A stretch of DNA of 64,000 nt from an uncultured Gemmatimonadales bacterium (GCA_963783305.1 CAWAMW010000007.1:480001-544000); one strand, 5' to 3'. Numbered from the stretch's first letter, positions 21,446-31,216 are shown. Notes: generated by a model not told the origin, from the letters alone. Translations and numbers: made by a program.

Positions 21446-23800
21446 CTACTCGTCCCGACGAGTCGCCGCGTAGAACGTAGTGCCGCCATAGCGCCGACTC
21501 CGCATCATCAGTTGCGCTGATTGCGGTGCGATCTCTGCCGCGGTAGCCAGGAGCGCGCTCGCAGTCGATCGCTCGCCGAGGGCGGTGTGGACCCAGGCGC
21601 GCAGCGTGAGGAGGTCCACGCTCTGCGTGCCCTTCACGCTCGTCGCCCGCAGGACCTGACGCGCCGCTCCCGTGGCGCCCGCTCGCGCCAGCACCACCGC
21701 GTGTAGCAGGCGCAGCCGCGACTCGACGTCCGTGGGGGCTCCGTACACGCCGAGCTTGCCCAGCCCCTCCTGGAGAAGCCGATCGGCCTCCTCCACGGTC
21801 CACGGACCTACCCACGCGAGGCGCGTGAGAGAGCAGTAGGCGCCCAGCCAGTCGTCCGGCTGCTGGCGCTCGATCTCCGCGCACCACTCTACCGCTCCCT
21901 CCTCGTCACCCACCTCCAGTGCGTTTGTGAACAACCGCACCAGGATCTCCAATGAGGCCGTCAGCGCGTAATCGGTCGCGTACGCCTGCCGCGCCCGGTG
22001 GTACGCTTCCGCGAAATCGCCTCGCTGCTCCGACATGGCACTCAGGATGCTCCACGCCCGGGGGAGTCCCGGGTCCCGCTTCACGGCCGCGGCGAGATCC
22101 CGCTCCGCCACCTCCATGGACGCACCCTCCATCCCCGTCTGCGCCGCCCAGTACCGCAGCACCCCCCGCACCTCCAGCCCGCGGGCGCTTTGCGACGCCA
22201 CGTTCAGCCCGGTCTCCGCGTGGGCCAGCCCCCGCAGGATCGCCCCGTGCGCCAGTTCCAGGTCGTCATTCGGCGGGATCAGCGGCAGCCACATGAAATC
22301 CACCGCCAGCTGCGCACGCCGGAACGTCGGCTCCGGCCAGTCCGGATCCAGCTCCTGCGCCCGCGCCAGCAGCGAATCCGCGGCGGCGTACGCGCGCTCG
22401 GCCGCTTCCACCGCGCCCCGCACCCGCAGTCGGTCGCCCGCGCTCCACTCGGCCGCCGCGTCCCGAACTCCGCTGAGCGCGTCCGGCGCGATTCCGAGCT
22501 CCGTCAGCCCTTTGAGCGAGAAGAAGGAGCCCGCCTGATGCCGGATCCTCGGCGAAATCCGCCCCACCAGCGCCTCCGGTGTCGCCGACTCGCCTTCCGG
22601 TGTCCGAATCATCACCCGGTCGAGCACGACACCGGACGACGCGTCGAGCAGGAGCACCGAGAAGCGCACCGTCCCCTCCTCCATCCGCAACGTGGGGCGG
22701 AGCCGCACTCCCTCCAGGTCCGAGCCCCCGCCATCCACGGCGTTCAGCGCGACGACCCGGAACCCGTTCCCCTCGCTCAAGCGCGCGGCGAGCTCGGCCG
22801 TCACCGCACCGGCCACACCCTTCGTCATGGCGGCGCTTTCCCCCACGTCCCGCACCGGCTCCAGCACCAACGTCCGGGAGAATCGGTCCGAAGCGTCCTC
22901 CGCCTGCACACCCGCCATGGATCGCGACCGCAGCGACCAGAGCGTCACCGATGTGACCAGCAGCACGGCCGCCGCCGCCGCCCACCACACGCGTCGTCGG
23001 CGCCCCTCCGCCGGGGCCGCGTCCGGCCGCCCCACGAGGGGAGCCACAACAGAGTCCGGCGCTTCGCTGGGCGCCTGAACCGCCACCGGCGCCTCTACCT
23101 CCAGAACCGCCTGGGTCGCGGCCGATGGCTCCACCCCGTGGATTTCCTTCATGTGCGCCGCGAACTCGTCGTACGCTGCCTTCGCCCCCGCTCTGTCACC
23201 GGTGCGGACCAGCACCCCCAGCAGTTCCTGCAGCGCCGGCTCTCCACGAATGCCGATCTCCCACGCCCGTCGGGCGGCAGCACCCGCCGCCACTCGGTTC
23301 CCCGCCGACTCCTCCGACCGCGCCACCCGGTGCGCCGCGTCCGCCGCCACAGACTGGATTCGCCGACGCGATCTCTCCAGCCAATCCTCGAACGGCTGCG
23401 GCGCCCCGTCCAGGTGGAACCCCGGCAGCAACTCACCCTGATACAGCTCCACTACCGCGCCCCAACGCTCCTCTTCCGCCGCGCGCAGCAGTTCCGACAC
23501 GTCGCACGACAGCTTCCCTTCAGCCACGCCGATCCCTTCGGATCCCTTGCCCGCGATCGCACCCGGGCCCAGCGACCGCCGCAGATAGTGCAGCGCCTGC
23601 CGCAGCGCGCTTCGGGCACGGTCCTCCTCGAACTCCGGCCAGAGCAGCCCGAGAACCTCGTCCCGCTGGAGTCGCCGCGGACTCTCCAGCGCCAGCAGCG
23701 CCAGCAGCGCGAGCCGCTTGGGCTGGCTCATCACCGAGTCTATGCGCCGCCCATCCGGACCGCGCAGATCCACCGCACCAAGCACTCGGAACGTGAACAT
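21446..23800 (-). CDS. Membrane-anchored SARP/AfsR-like regulator: wHTH + BTAD, one TM helix, external TolB-N-like and TPR region
   Basis: QPKRLALLALL, RDEVLGLLWPE, LRQALHYLRR, LYQGELLPGF and FEDWLE; TM WWAAAAAVLLVTSVTLWSL; TPR-like DPDWPEP and DPGLPRAWSIL. Confidence 0.85.
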   Translation of the reverse strand: MFTFRVLGAVDLRGPDGRRIDSVMSQPKRLALLALLALESPRRLQRDEVLGLLWPEFEEDRARSALRQALHYLRRSLGPGAIAGKGSEGIGVAEGKLSCDVSELLRAAEEERWGAVVELYQGELLPGFHLDGAPQPFEDWLERSRRRIQSVAADAAHRVARSEESAGNRVAAGAAARRAWEIGIRGEPALQELLGVLVRTGDRAGAKAAYDEFAAHMKEIHGVEPSAATQAVLEVEAPVAVQAPSEAPDSVVAPLVGRPDAAPAEGRRRRVWWAAAAAVLLVTSVTLWSLRSRSMAGVQAEDASDRFSRTLVLEPVRDVGESAAMTKGVAGAVTAELAARLSEGNGFRVVALNAVDGGGSDLEGVRLRPTLRMEEGTVRFSVLLLDASSGVVLDRVMIRTPEGESATPEALVGRISPRIRHQAGSFFSLKGLTELGIAPDALSGVRDAAAEWSAGDRLRVRGAVEAAERAYAAADSLLARAQELDPDWPEPTFRRAQLAVDFMWLPLIPPNDDLELAHGAILRGLAHAETGLNVASQSARGLEVRGVLRYWAAQTGMEGASMEVAERDLAAAVKRDPGLPRAWSILSAMSEQRGDFAEAYHRARQAYATDYALTASLEILVRLFTNALEVGDEEGAVEWCAEIERQQPDDWLGAYCSLTRLAWVGPWTVEEADRLLQEGLGKLGVYGAPTDVESRLRLLHAVVLARAGATGAARQVLRATSVKGTQSVDLLTLRAWVHTALGERSTASALLATAAEIAPQSAQLMMRSRRYGGTTFYAATRRDE

Positions 23801-23829
23801 CCTACCCCCTGGAGAGCCCGGATGGCTGC

Positions 23830-23874
23830 CGTTACCTGCCAGGTAACGCTCAGGTTACGGCCGCATGCTACCCT
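23830..23874 (+). promoter_or_regulatory. Putative SARP binding site plus extended -10 promoter
   Basis: CAGGTAACG(23840-23848) and CAGGTTACG(23851-23859) are 11 bp apart; CGTTACCTG(23830-23838) is the inverse of the first; TGcTACCCT at 23866-23874. Confidence 0.6.
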
Positions 23875-24007
23875 TCTCACCGGACATTGGATCGGGACGC
23901 CTCCGGTACGCCGGGAGACGGAGCCATACCCCCGGATGCTACCGTTCCTCGACCGGGCCAACAAGCCATCGAGTCCACCTGCCTTGCGCAGTGGACAGGA
24001 GAATTCC

Positions 24008-24172
24008 GTGACTGAGTCCTCCAGGAAGGCCAGGACCATGCTTGAGGCCCTGTTGTTCGTATGCATCGGGGCGGGCGCGCAGGGATGCACCGGGAGCCCC
24101 ACGGCTCCAGCGGACGACAATGGTCGCATCTGTTACTGGATCTACGGCACTCTGCATTGCCTGGAAGACTGA
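24008..24172 (+). CDS. 54-aa putative lipopeptide with a C-terminal Cys-X8-Cys loop
   Basis: AGGAG 6 nt before GTG; MTESSRKARTMLEALLFVCIGAGAQG-CTGSPTAPADDNGRICYWIYGTLHCLED. Confidence 0.65.
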   Translation: MTESSRKARTMLEALLFVCIGAGAQGCTGSPTAPADDNGRICYWIYGTLHCLED

Positions 24173-24328
24173 CCTGCCGTCACCGTCGCGTAGCTTGCAG
24201 GGGGTTGGCTGCGTTGATGGTGGCGGTACGGTTGGTCCCACTCCTGAGCCGCTCCCATCGGTACGTTGGCCTGGATTTCGCAGCCCTCCTCGGTAGCTTC
24301 GCTCGATCCAGCCACCACAGGAGAACGC

Positions 24329-24451
24329 ATGTCGAAAGAGCTCCGGATCCTGGCGCTGACCGCCGCCGCCCTCCTCGCCGCCCGCGTACTCGTGCTCGCC
24401 ATTGATCAGGCCGTCAATGGCTGGCGCCGTCACCAGCTCTACCAGGACTGA
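24329..24451 (+). CDS. 40-aa single-TM small protein
   Basis: CAGGAG RBS; MSKELRILALTAAALLAARVLVLAIDQAVNGWRRHQLYQD; codon usage like the host genes. Confidence 0.55.
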   Translation: MSKELRILALTAAALLAARVLVLAIDQAVNGWRRHQLYQD

Positions 24452-24511
24452 GTCCGCCCCGTACCGCCGCGCCTTCTGGCCCGGCCTGCTGCGCACACGT
24501 ACCATTCCCCC

Positions 24512-25744
24512 ATGGACCAGTCCAATGTGCTCGCCATCGTCCTTGCGGGCGGTGAAGGGAAGCGACTCCAGCCGCTCACCCGGGACCGCGCCAAGCCGGC
24601 GGTCCCCTTCGGCGGGTCCTATCGCCTCATCGATTTCGCGCTGACGAATCTCGCCCACGGCGGCTACCTCCGCATCGTAGTCCTGACCCAGTACAAGAGC
24701 CACAGTCTCGATGTGCACCTGGCCAAGACGTGGCGTATGGCCCCCATCCTCGGGAACTACGTGATCTCGGTTCCCGCCCAGATGCGCGAGGGCCCCCGAT
24801 GGTTCGCGGGCTCCGCCGACGCCATCTACCAGAACCTGAACCTCCTGCGGGACGAGCGACCCCAGTACGTCATGGTGGTCGGCGCCGACCATATCTATCG
24901 CATGGACCCCCGGCAGCTCGTTCAGCAGCACATCGACAGCGGTGCCAATGTGACGGTCGCGGGCATCCGCGTGCCCCTCGACCAGGCACCGCAGTTCGGG
25001 GTGATCGAGGCGGGCGCTGATGGCGTCATCGAGCGGTTCCGGGAGAAGCCGACCGACGCCCGCGGTCTCCCAGACGCTCCCGACCAGGTGTACGCGTCCA
25101 TGGGCAACTATGTGTTCACCACCCGCGCCCTCATGGAGGCCGTGACCGCGGACGCCGTGCTGGACGATTCACGACATGATATCGGGGCCGATATCATCCC
25201 TCGATTCGTGGACGATGGTACCGCGCACGTATACGACTTCTCCGAGAACGAAGTCCCCGGCGCCACCCCGAGGGACCGTGCCTACTGGCGCGATGTCGGG
25301 ACGCTCGACTCCTACTACGACGCGCACATGGACCTCGTGTCCGTGGACCCCATCTTCAACCTGTATAACCGACAGTGGCCGATCCTGACGGCCCACGATC
25401 CGATGCCCCCGGCCAAATTCGTCTTCTCCGACTCCGGCCGCACCGGGCATGCCCTCGATGCCATCGTCTCCGCCGGAGTCGTCATATCCGGCGGAGAGGT
25501 CCGGCGCTCCGTCCTGTCGCCCAGCGTTCATGTCCACTCCTACGCCGACATCGACGGCTGCGTGCTCATGCAGAACGTGGACGTTGGACGCCACGCCGTG
25601 GTCAGGAATGCCATCATCGACAAGAACGTGCGGATCCCGCCGGGAGCAGAAATCGGCGTGGATCCCGAGGCCGATCGCGCCCGGTTCCATATCACGGAGC
25701 AGGGAATTGTGGTGATCGGAAAGGACCAGCAGATCGCGCCGTGA
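24512..25744 (+). CDS. glgC: Glucose-1-phosphate adenylyltransferase
   Basis: [46 protein letters not shown] and YWRDVGT motifs. Confidence 0.97.
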   Translation: MDQSNVLAIVLAGGEGKRLQPLTRDRAKPAVPFGGSYRLIDFALTNLAHGGYLRIVVLTQYKSHSLDVHLAKTWRMAPILGNYVISVPAQMREGPRWFAGSADAIYQNLNLLRDERPQYVMVVGADHIYRMDPRQLVQQHIDSGANVTVAGIRVPLDQAPQFGVIEAGADGVIERFREKPTDARGLPDAPDQVYASMGNYVFTTRALMEAVTADAVLDDSRHDIGADIIPRFVDDGTAHVYDFSENEVPGATPRDRAYWRDVGTLDSYYDAHMDLVSVDPIFNLYNRQWPILTAHDPMPPAKFVFSDSGRTGHALDAIVSAGVVISGGEVRRSVLSPSVHVHSYADIDGCVLMQNVDVGRHAVVRNAIIDKNVRIPPGAEIGVDPEADRARFHITEQGIVVIGKDQQIAP

Positions 25745-26964
25745 GCGCTTCCGGCGAGGCGTCTGACCTGCGCATCGCGCTCTGCACCCGCGAGTACCCG
25801 CCGGACGTGTACGGCGGCGCGGGCGTCCACGTGGAGCATCTGGCCCGCGCCATGAGCCCGTACGCCGACGTCGCTGTCCACGCCTTCGGAGCCCCTCGCG
25901 ACGATGCACTCGTCGCCGCCGCCTACCAGCCATGGAGCAAGCTCGAGGGGCCCCACCCGCATCGCGGCGCACTCCAGGCGTTCAGCGTCGACCTCGCCAT
26001 GGCGGCCGGTCTCGACGGGGCCGATCTCGTCCACTCCCATACGTGGTACACCAATCTGGCGGGCCACCTGGCGAAGCTGACCTACGGCATTCCCCACGTC
26101 ATGACCAGCCACAGCCTCGAGCCCCTGCGGCCCTGGAAGGCGGAGCAGCTCGGCGGGGGCTACAACCTGGCCCTCTGGGCGGAGCGGACGGCCGCGGAGT
26201 CGGCGGACGCCATCATCGCCGTCTCGGCCGGCATGCGCACCGACCTCCTGCGCTGCTATCCCTCGGTGGAGCCGGAGCGCGTTCACGTCATCCACAACGG
26301 CGTCGACCCCGATGCCTATCGACCTGACCCGGCGACGGATGTCCTCGAGCGCCTCGGCATCGATCCAGACATCCCGACCGCGGTGTTCGTGGGCCGAATC
26401 ACCCGTCAGAAGGGGCTTGCTCATCTGCTCGACGCCGCCGAGTACCTGCCGGACGGCACGCAGCTCGTCCTGTGCGCGGGCGCGCCGGATACGGACCAGA
26501 TCCGCCGGGAGGTCGCCGACCGGGTCCAGTCGATCCAGGACCGCGCGCGCCTGCGAGTCTTCTGGATTCCGGACATGCTGCCTCGCGAGCAGGTGGTTCA
26601 GATCCTCTCCCACGCCACGGTCTTCGTGTGTCCCTCCATCTACGAGCCGTTCGGGCTCGTGAATGTGGAGGCGATGGCGTGTGCCACGCCCGTCGTGGCG
26701 TCGGCCGTGGGGGGGATTCCGGAGATCGTAGTCGACGGTGAGACCGGATACCTGGTCGAGTTCGAGGCCGGCGGTGACGTCTTCAGATCACCTGCGGACC
26801 CGGCTCGCTTCGCCCGTGACCTCGCGGACCGCATCAACTCGCTGCTCCTGGACCCGGCGGCCGCCACCCGCATGGGTCAGGCGGCGCGGCAGCGGGTCGA
26901 GGCCCGGTTCGCGTGGCCCGCCATCGCGCAGCGCACGCTGGCGCTCTATCGATCCCTCGCCTGA
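25741..26964 (+). CDS. glgA: GT4 glycogen synthase / alpha-maltose-1-phosphate synthase (GlgM-type GlgA)
   Basis: [50 protein letters not shown] and CPSIYEPFG motifs. Confidence 0.92.
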   Translation: MSASGEASDLRIALCTREYPPDVYGGAGVHVEHLARAMSPYADVAVHAFGAPRDDALVAAAYQPWSKLEGPHPHRGALQAFSVDLAMAAGLDGADLVHSHTWYTNLAGHLAKLTYGIPHVMTSHSLEPLRPWKAEQLGGGYNLALWAERTAAESADAIIAVSAGMRTDLLRCYPSVEPERVHVIHNGVDPDAYRPDPATDVLERLGIDPDIPTAVFVGRITRQKGLAHLLDAAEYLPDGTQLVLCAGAPDTDQIRREVADRVQSIQDRARLRVFWIPDMLPREQVVQILSHATVFVCPSIYEPFGLVNVEAMACATPVVASAVGGIPEIVVDGETGYLVEFEAGGDVFRSPADPARFARDLADRINSLLLDPAAATRMGQAARQRVEARFAWPAIAQRTLALYRSLA

Positions 26965-27044
26965 CCGTCCCATGCCCGTCGTGTGACGGGGCCTGGAATT
27001 TGTATTATCGTCCATCTCGTCCGTATCCCTGACGTGGAGCCTAT

Positions 27045-27596
27045 ATGTGGAAAAAAGAAGAGACGGAAAACTCGGATGCCGCGGAGTCACGGAGAGCGAC
27101 CCCTCGGTCGGCCTCCACCCCGGCCCCCGGTGGACGGGCAACGATCGGTCGGTCCATCACGGTGCGCGGTGAAGTCACCGGCGATGAAGACCTGGTGATC
27201 CAGGGCCGGGTCGAGGGCTCGGTGGACCTGAAGCAGCATTCGGTGGAGATCGGCCCCGAGGGCAAGGTGACGGCGGACGTATCGGGCCGGGTCGTCACGG
27301 TAGAGGGCCACGTGGACGGCAATCTCCGCGCTCACGAGCGAGTGGTCCTGCGGAAGACGGCGCATGTGGAGGGGGATATCACCTCGCCTCGCGTGACCCT
27401 GGAAGATGGGGCCTATTTCCGCGGCGGTGTCGAAATGACCGACAAGCAGCCGAGCGCGGGGTCCGGGGCAGGGAGCGGCAAGCTCTCGCGGGACATGGGG
27501 GCGGATCAGACGAAGGCTTCCAGCGCCACCGGCGAATCGACGACATCTGGCTCGTCCGCGGGCAAGGGCACGGCCGCGGCCCGCTCCAAAGAGTAG
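27045..27596 (+). CDS. Bactofilin (polymer-forming cytoskeletal protein)
   Basis: ATIGRSITVRGEVTGDEDLVIQGRVEG...VEGDITSPRVTLEDGAYFRGGVEM beta-helix; N-terminal MWKK peptide. Confidence 0.93.
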   Translation: MWKKEETENSDAAESRRATPRSASTPAPGGRATIGRSITVRGEVTGDEDLVIQGRVEGSVDLKQHSVEIGPEGKVTADVSGRVVTVEGHVDGNLRAHERVVLRKTAHVEGDITSPRVTLEDGAYFRGGVEMTDKQPSAGSGAGSGKLSRDMGADQTKASSATGESTTSGSSAGKGTAAARSKE

Positions 27597-27604
27597 TTTC
27601 CGCC

Positions 27605-28231
27605 GTGTCCTGGCTGCGCCGGGCGGAGTCTGACCCGCCGACGCCTCCGGCGCGTGAGCCGGAGGCGTCGGAGAGGGTCGAGACGGCCGCTCCCGGCATC
27701 GCCGCCATGCTCGAAAACGTCAGTCGGGACGGCAGTCACGCCATCCTCGATCTCGGACCCGGTACATCGTCGAGCCTCGACGTCTATGGCCGGTTCGCTC
27801 GACAGGTTCGGTTCGCGGACGTCCCCGGATACCTGACCTTGCGAGGCCGGGGCTCCGTTTCCGGGATGCATCAGGCCGTCCCGCCGCACCCCGGCCACCC
27901 CTATGACCTGGTTTTCGGTTGGGACGTCCTCGATCGCCTCTATCCGGAGTACCACGCTCCGCTGGTGACGCGATTGGCCGAGATCACCGCTCCGAACGCT
28001 CGCCTGCACGTGGTCGTGAGGGCGTCCGAGGCGGAAGCATTTCGACCGCTCACCTTCATGATCGCGCACAAAGACAGGATGTACTACGAGCCCAGCGGCC
28101 CCCCACAGCCGGCCAGGCAGCGGCTGCTGCCCGCGTACATCTCACAGCTTCTCATGCCGTTCCGGGTCGCACACGGATTCACGCTGAAAGGGCGCCTCCG
28201 GGAGTACGTGGCGGTGCGGACGGACGACTGA
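27605..28231 (+). CDS. Class I SAM-methyltransferase-like protein
   Basis: ILDLGPG motif I-like and YDLVFGWDVLDRL; 8 nt downstream of bactofilin. Confidence 0.7.
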   Translation: MSWLRRAESDPPTPPAREPEASERVETAAPGIAAMLENVSRDGSHAILDLGPGTSSSLDVYGRFARQVRFADVPGYLTLRGRGSVSGMHQAVPPHPGHPYDLVFGWDVLDRLYPEYHAPLVTRLAEITAPNARLHVVVRASEAEAFRPLTFMIAHKDRMYYEPSGPPQPARQRLLPAYISQLLMPFRVAHGFTLKGRLREYVAVRTDD

Positions 28232-29243
28232 ACCAGACCGCGCCCAGGACGCGCTCGCACTCGGCCACATTCCCGGAACCGCGGGAACCCATCTCATCCA
28301 GCCTCTGGAGAAAACGAGCGATGCCATGCAGGTGGTCAATGTGGTCCGGGGCGCTGTTCCCCGCATAGCCCTCGACCTCCAGCCCGCGACAGCGGACCTC
28401 GCTCAGCTGCTGCAGCCCCACCGGCCCCCAGCGGAGAACGGCCTTCCGGGATAATCCCAGCCGCGAGATGAGATAGTCCGTCGTCTCGGTCGTGCTCGCG
28501 AAGGTGCCAGGGAAGATCTCCGAGTGGGTGATGAGCAGACGCTTGTTGCCCTCCGCGGCCGCCCGGGCGAACCGGGAGATGGACTCGAGATTCGTGATAT
28601 CCAGCCGACCCCCCTCGTCCAGGACGGTACGCGGCGGGAGGTAGCCGGTATGGAGCCCGTCCAGCAGGAGGACCGCGTCCACGGCCCGGAAATGGGCCGG
28701 GCTCCGGAGGATCGCCCGGACGGCGCCGTGACCGGCGCTGAAGCCGGAGAGGGTGATCTCGCCCAGCGTGACGGGCCCACCGGCCGCCTCGCCCAGTGCC
28801 CGCCTGACCCCCGCGACCACCGAGTCGAACACCGCCGGGTCGTCGAAGGCGGCATCATACGCGCCGGAGCCGTGCCCCACGTTTACCGTCACGACCACGG
28901 AGCTCGCCGCCGACCGGCTGGCCGCGTCCTCCGGGAGGAACGCGGGTCCATGGAAATGGATCAGCAGCCGGGGTTCACCCATGAGATCGGTATCCCTCGG
29001 CACGAAGAGTCGCACCGGATCCGCGAGCCCCACGTCCACTGCGAAGCGCTCGCCCGGAAGCTCCTGTTCCGGCACGCGGTCATGGGCGCGTGTGGTCTCC
29101 ACCATGGGCAATGGGTTCTGGCCGGCGGGAGCAGGACCTTGCTGCCCCTGCGCCACGGACGGACCCAGAAACAGACCAGCCAGCGCCCACGACAGGAGTA
29201 ACGCCATCGCCAGGACACGCGAAAACACGGGCCGGGATGACAT
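28179..29243 (-). CDS. Exported alpha/beta-hydrolase-fold protein
   Basis: Signal peptide; LLIHFHG, SGFSAG nucleophile elbow, LLLDGLH and late His residues. Confidence 0.7.
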   Translation of the reverse strand: MSSRPVFSRVLAMALLLSWALAGLFLGPSVAQGQQGPAPAGQNPLPMVETTRAHDRVPEQELPGERFAVDVGLADPVRLFVPRDTDLMGEPRLLIHFHGPAFLPEDAASRSAASSVVVTVNVGHGSGAYDAAFDDPAVFDSVVAGVRRALGEAAGGPVTLGEITLSGFSAGHGAVRAILRSPAHFRAVDAVLLLDGLHTGYLPPRTVLDEGGRLDITNLESISRFARAAAEGNKRLLITHSEIFPGTFASTTETTDYLISRLGLSRKAVLRWGPVGLQQLSEVRCRGLEVEGYAGNSAPDHIDHLHGIARFLQRLDEMGSRGSGNVAECERVLGAVWFSRPSAPPRTPGGALSA

Positions 29244-31216
29244 CAGCCTGCGCCCGCGGGGCAGGCGCCCACGGCCGTGACCGCGGTGCCCGGAGCCCGG
29301 AGCACCCCGTACTCGGCCACGGCCCGGACCTCGCCCAGCATGTCCGATCGGTACCCGCGGCCCCAGAGAAAGACGAACCCGCTACCGGGCGGCCCACCGA
29401 AATGTCGGGCGAACGCGGCGGGCTGGCCGATCTCGTCGCGGGCGAGGATTGTGGCACCGCGCGCCTCCACCGGCACCATGGCCCCCAACCGCACCCGCTC
29501 CAGCCCCCACGCTCGACCCGCCGCCGTGGGCCGGGCCGCCTGGTCGCTGCCAATGCTGCCGGTGAAGTCGACGCCCGCCGCCGCCTCCGCCCGGCCGGCC
29601 TCCAGCGCCGTGGGCCGCCCGGTGGAATCCCGGACCAGGACCCGGGGGGGCAGCCCGAGCCAGACTACCTTGCCACCGGCCTCGAGGTACCGACGGACCA
29701 GCCCCGCGGCGCTCCCGGTGGGCGCGACGGCCTCGGGCAGGTGGTCCTGGGCGAACACGACCACGCTCGGCGCGCCGTCGACGATCCGGTCCCCCAGGAA
29801 TGCCTCGAGCTCCTCGGCGTCCAGCCGCGCGTAGCCCGCGTCCGTCAGGTCGTCCGCGAGCCGGTCGGCACCCGGACGGACCACGTGGTCGGCGAACGCG
29901 GTGTCGTGGAACACGGCCAGTCGGGGCGTGGCGTCGCCGGCGCGGAGGGCGTGGATGCGGCCGTGGTCGTCGCCCACCACCGCCAGGTCACCGGCCACCG
30001 CAGGCGACGACTGGATCATGGCGCCGGCAAAGTAGCGCCAGAGGGTGCGACCGGTCTCCGCGTCCAGTGCGTACAGCACGCCGTCCTCGGCGGGCACCAG
30101 CAGCACCTCTCCCACCAGCGACGGCGATCCCAGCACCCGCGTGCCGAGGTCGCGGCTCCACCGCCGCTCGCCCGTCGACGCGTCCAGCGCCTCTACCACG
30201 TGGGCGTCGGAGGTGCCGGTGTAGACCGCGTGGTCCCCCACGGCCACCGACGAAACGACCCAGGAGGGCGTGTACTCGGCCGCCCAGAGCCGCTCCCCCG
30301 TGGCCTCGTCGAGCGCGTACAGCCGCGCGTCCCGACCGCCGATGTAGACGCGGCCATGAGCTACCGCGGGAGAGGCCTGGACGGTGCGGCGGTCGTAGCC
30401 GTGGTCGGCCGACACCAGCGCCGCGCCTTCCGTCTCGTGCCGCCACGACACCCGTCCGGTCGCCAGATTCACCGCGTATACCACGCCGTCGGCTCCACCC
30501 ACAAAGGCTCGGCCACCGTGAACCGCGGGCGAGGAGCGGAGGCGGGTCCCGAGGGCGGTCTCCCCGAGCACCGCGCCATCGTCCAGCCGGAGCCGGCGCA
30601 CCACGCCGTCGCCGCCGGCCACCACCAGGACCCCCTCCACGAGCGTCGGCGAGCTGGTGAAGTAGTCCCATCCCTCGCGACCCCATGGCATGGGCAGGTC
30701 CGCGCCCGTCTCCACCGTCCAGGCCACCCGGCCGCTTTGGCGCTCGATGCCGTGAACGACGCCCGCCCGGTCCACCACAATCACCCGGTCGCCGCCCACC
30801 GCGGGTGAAGACGCGACGGGCGCGCCCGCCTCGTAGCCCCAGCGCACCGCTCCCGTCTCCAGATCGAGGGCGCGGACCACGCCGTCGCCGCTGCCCACGT
30901 ACACCACGCCGTTGGCGATCCCCGCCGAAGAGCGCACGGCCCCGCCCGTGCACGCCGTCCACGCCACCCGGCCCAGGGCGGAGAAGTCGCCCTTGTAGCG
31001 GCCCGCGTGACGAGGTCCGCCCCGGAACTGGGCGGTCTCAGCGATCTCAGCGGTCTCCGCGGAATCGCCAGGGCCGGCCGCGTCGTGGGAGATCAGCGTG
31101 GTCTGCGGCCCCGGCCCATCGGAGGCCGCGCAGGATGCGGTGAGCAGGAGGGCGGCAAAAGTCGAGATGGCTCTCGGCGAGCGCCGGACGAGTCGGAGCG
31201 ATCTTCTGTACGTCAT
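29243..31216 (-). CDS. PQQ-type beta-propeller repeat lipoprotein with a C-terminal alpha/beta domain
   Basis: Lipobox TASC; many SSPAV...G.vyAld..TG...W repeats; C-terminal RYLEAGGKVVWLG. Confidence 0.85.
   Translation of the reverse strand: MTYRRSLRLVRRSPRAISTFAALLLTASCAASDGPGPQTTLISHDAAGPGDSAETAEIAETAQFRGGPRHAGRYKGDFSALGRVAWTACTGGAVRSSAGIANGVVYVGSGDGVVRALDLETGAVRWGYEAGAPVASSPAVGGDRVIVVDRAGVVHGIERQSGRVAWTVETGADLPMPWGREGWDYFTSSPTLVEGVLVVAGGDGVVRRLRLDDGAVLGETALGTRLRSSPAVHGGRAFVGGADGVVYAVNLATGRVSWRHETEGAALVSADHGYDRRTVQASPAVAHGRVYIGGRDARLYALDEATGERLWAAEYTPSWVVSSVAVGDHAVYTGTSDAHVVEALDASTGERRWSRDLGTRVLGSPSLVGEVLLVPAEDGVLYALDAETGRTLWRYFAGAMIQSSPAVAGDLAVVGDDHGRIHALRAGDATPRLAVFHDTAFADHVVRPGADRLADDLTDAGYARLDAEELEAFLGDRIVDGAPSVVVFAQDHLPEAVAPTGSAAGLVRRYLEAGGKVVWLGLPPRVLVRDSTGRPTALEAGRAEAAAGVDFTGSIGSDQAARPTAAGRAWGLERVRLGAMVPVEARGATILARDEIGQPAAFARHFGGPPGSGFVFLWGRGYRSDMLGEVRAVAEYGVLRAPGTAVTAVGACPAGAG

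Noticed and set aside
21998..24007. 724-aa plus-strand ORF
   Set aside because: Antisense shadow of the SARP gene; only the last 54 codons, from GTG 24008, have an RBS and protein-like features
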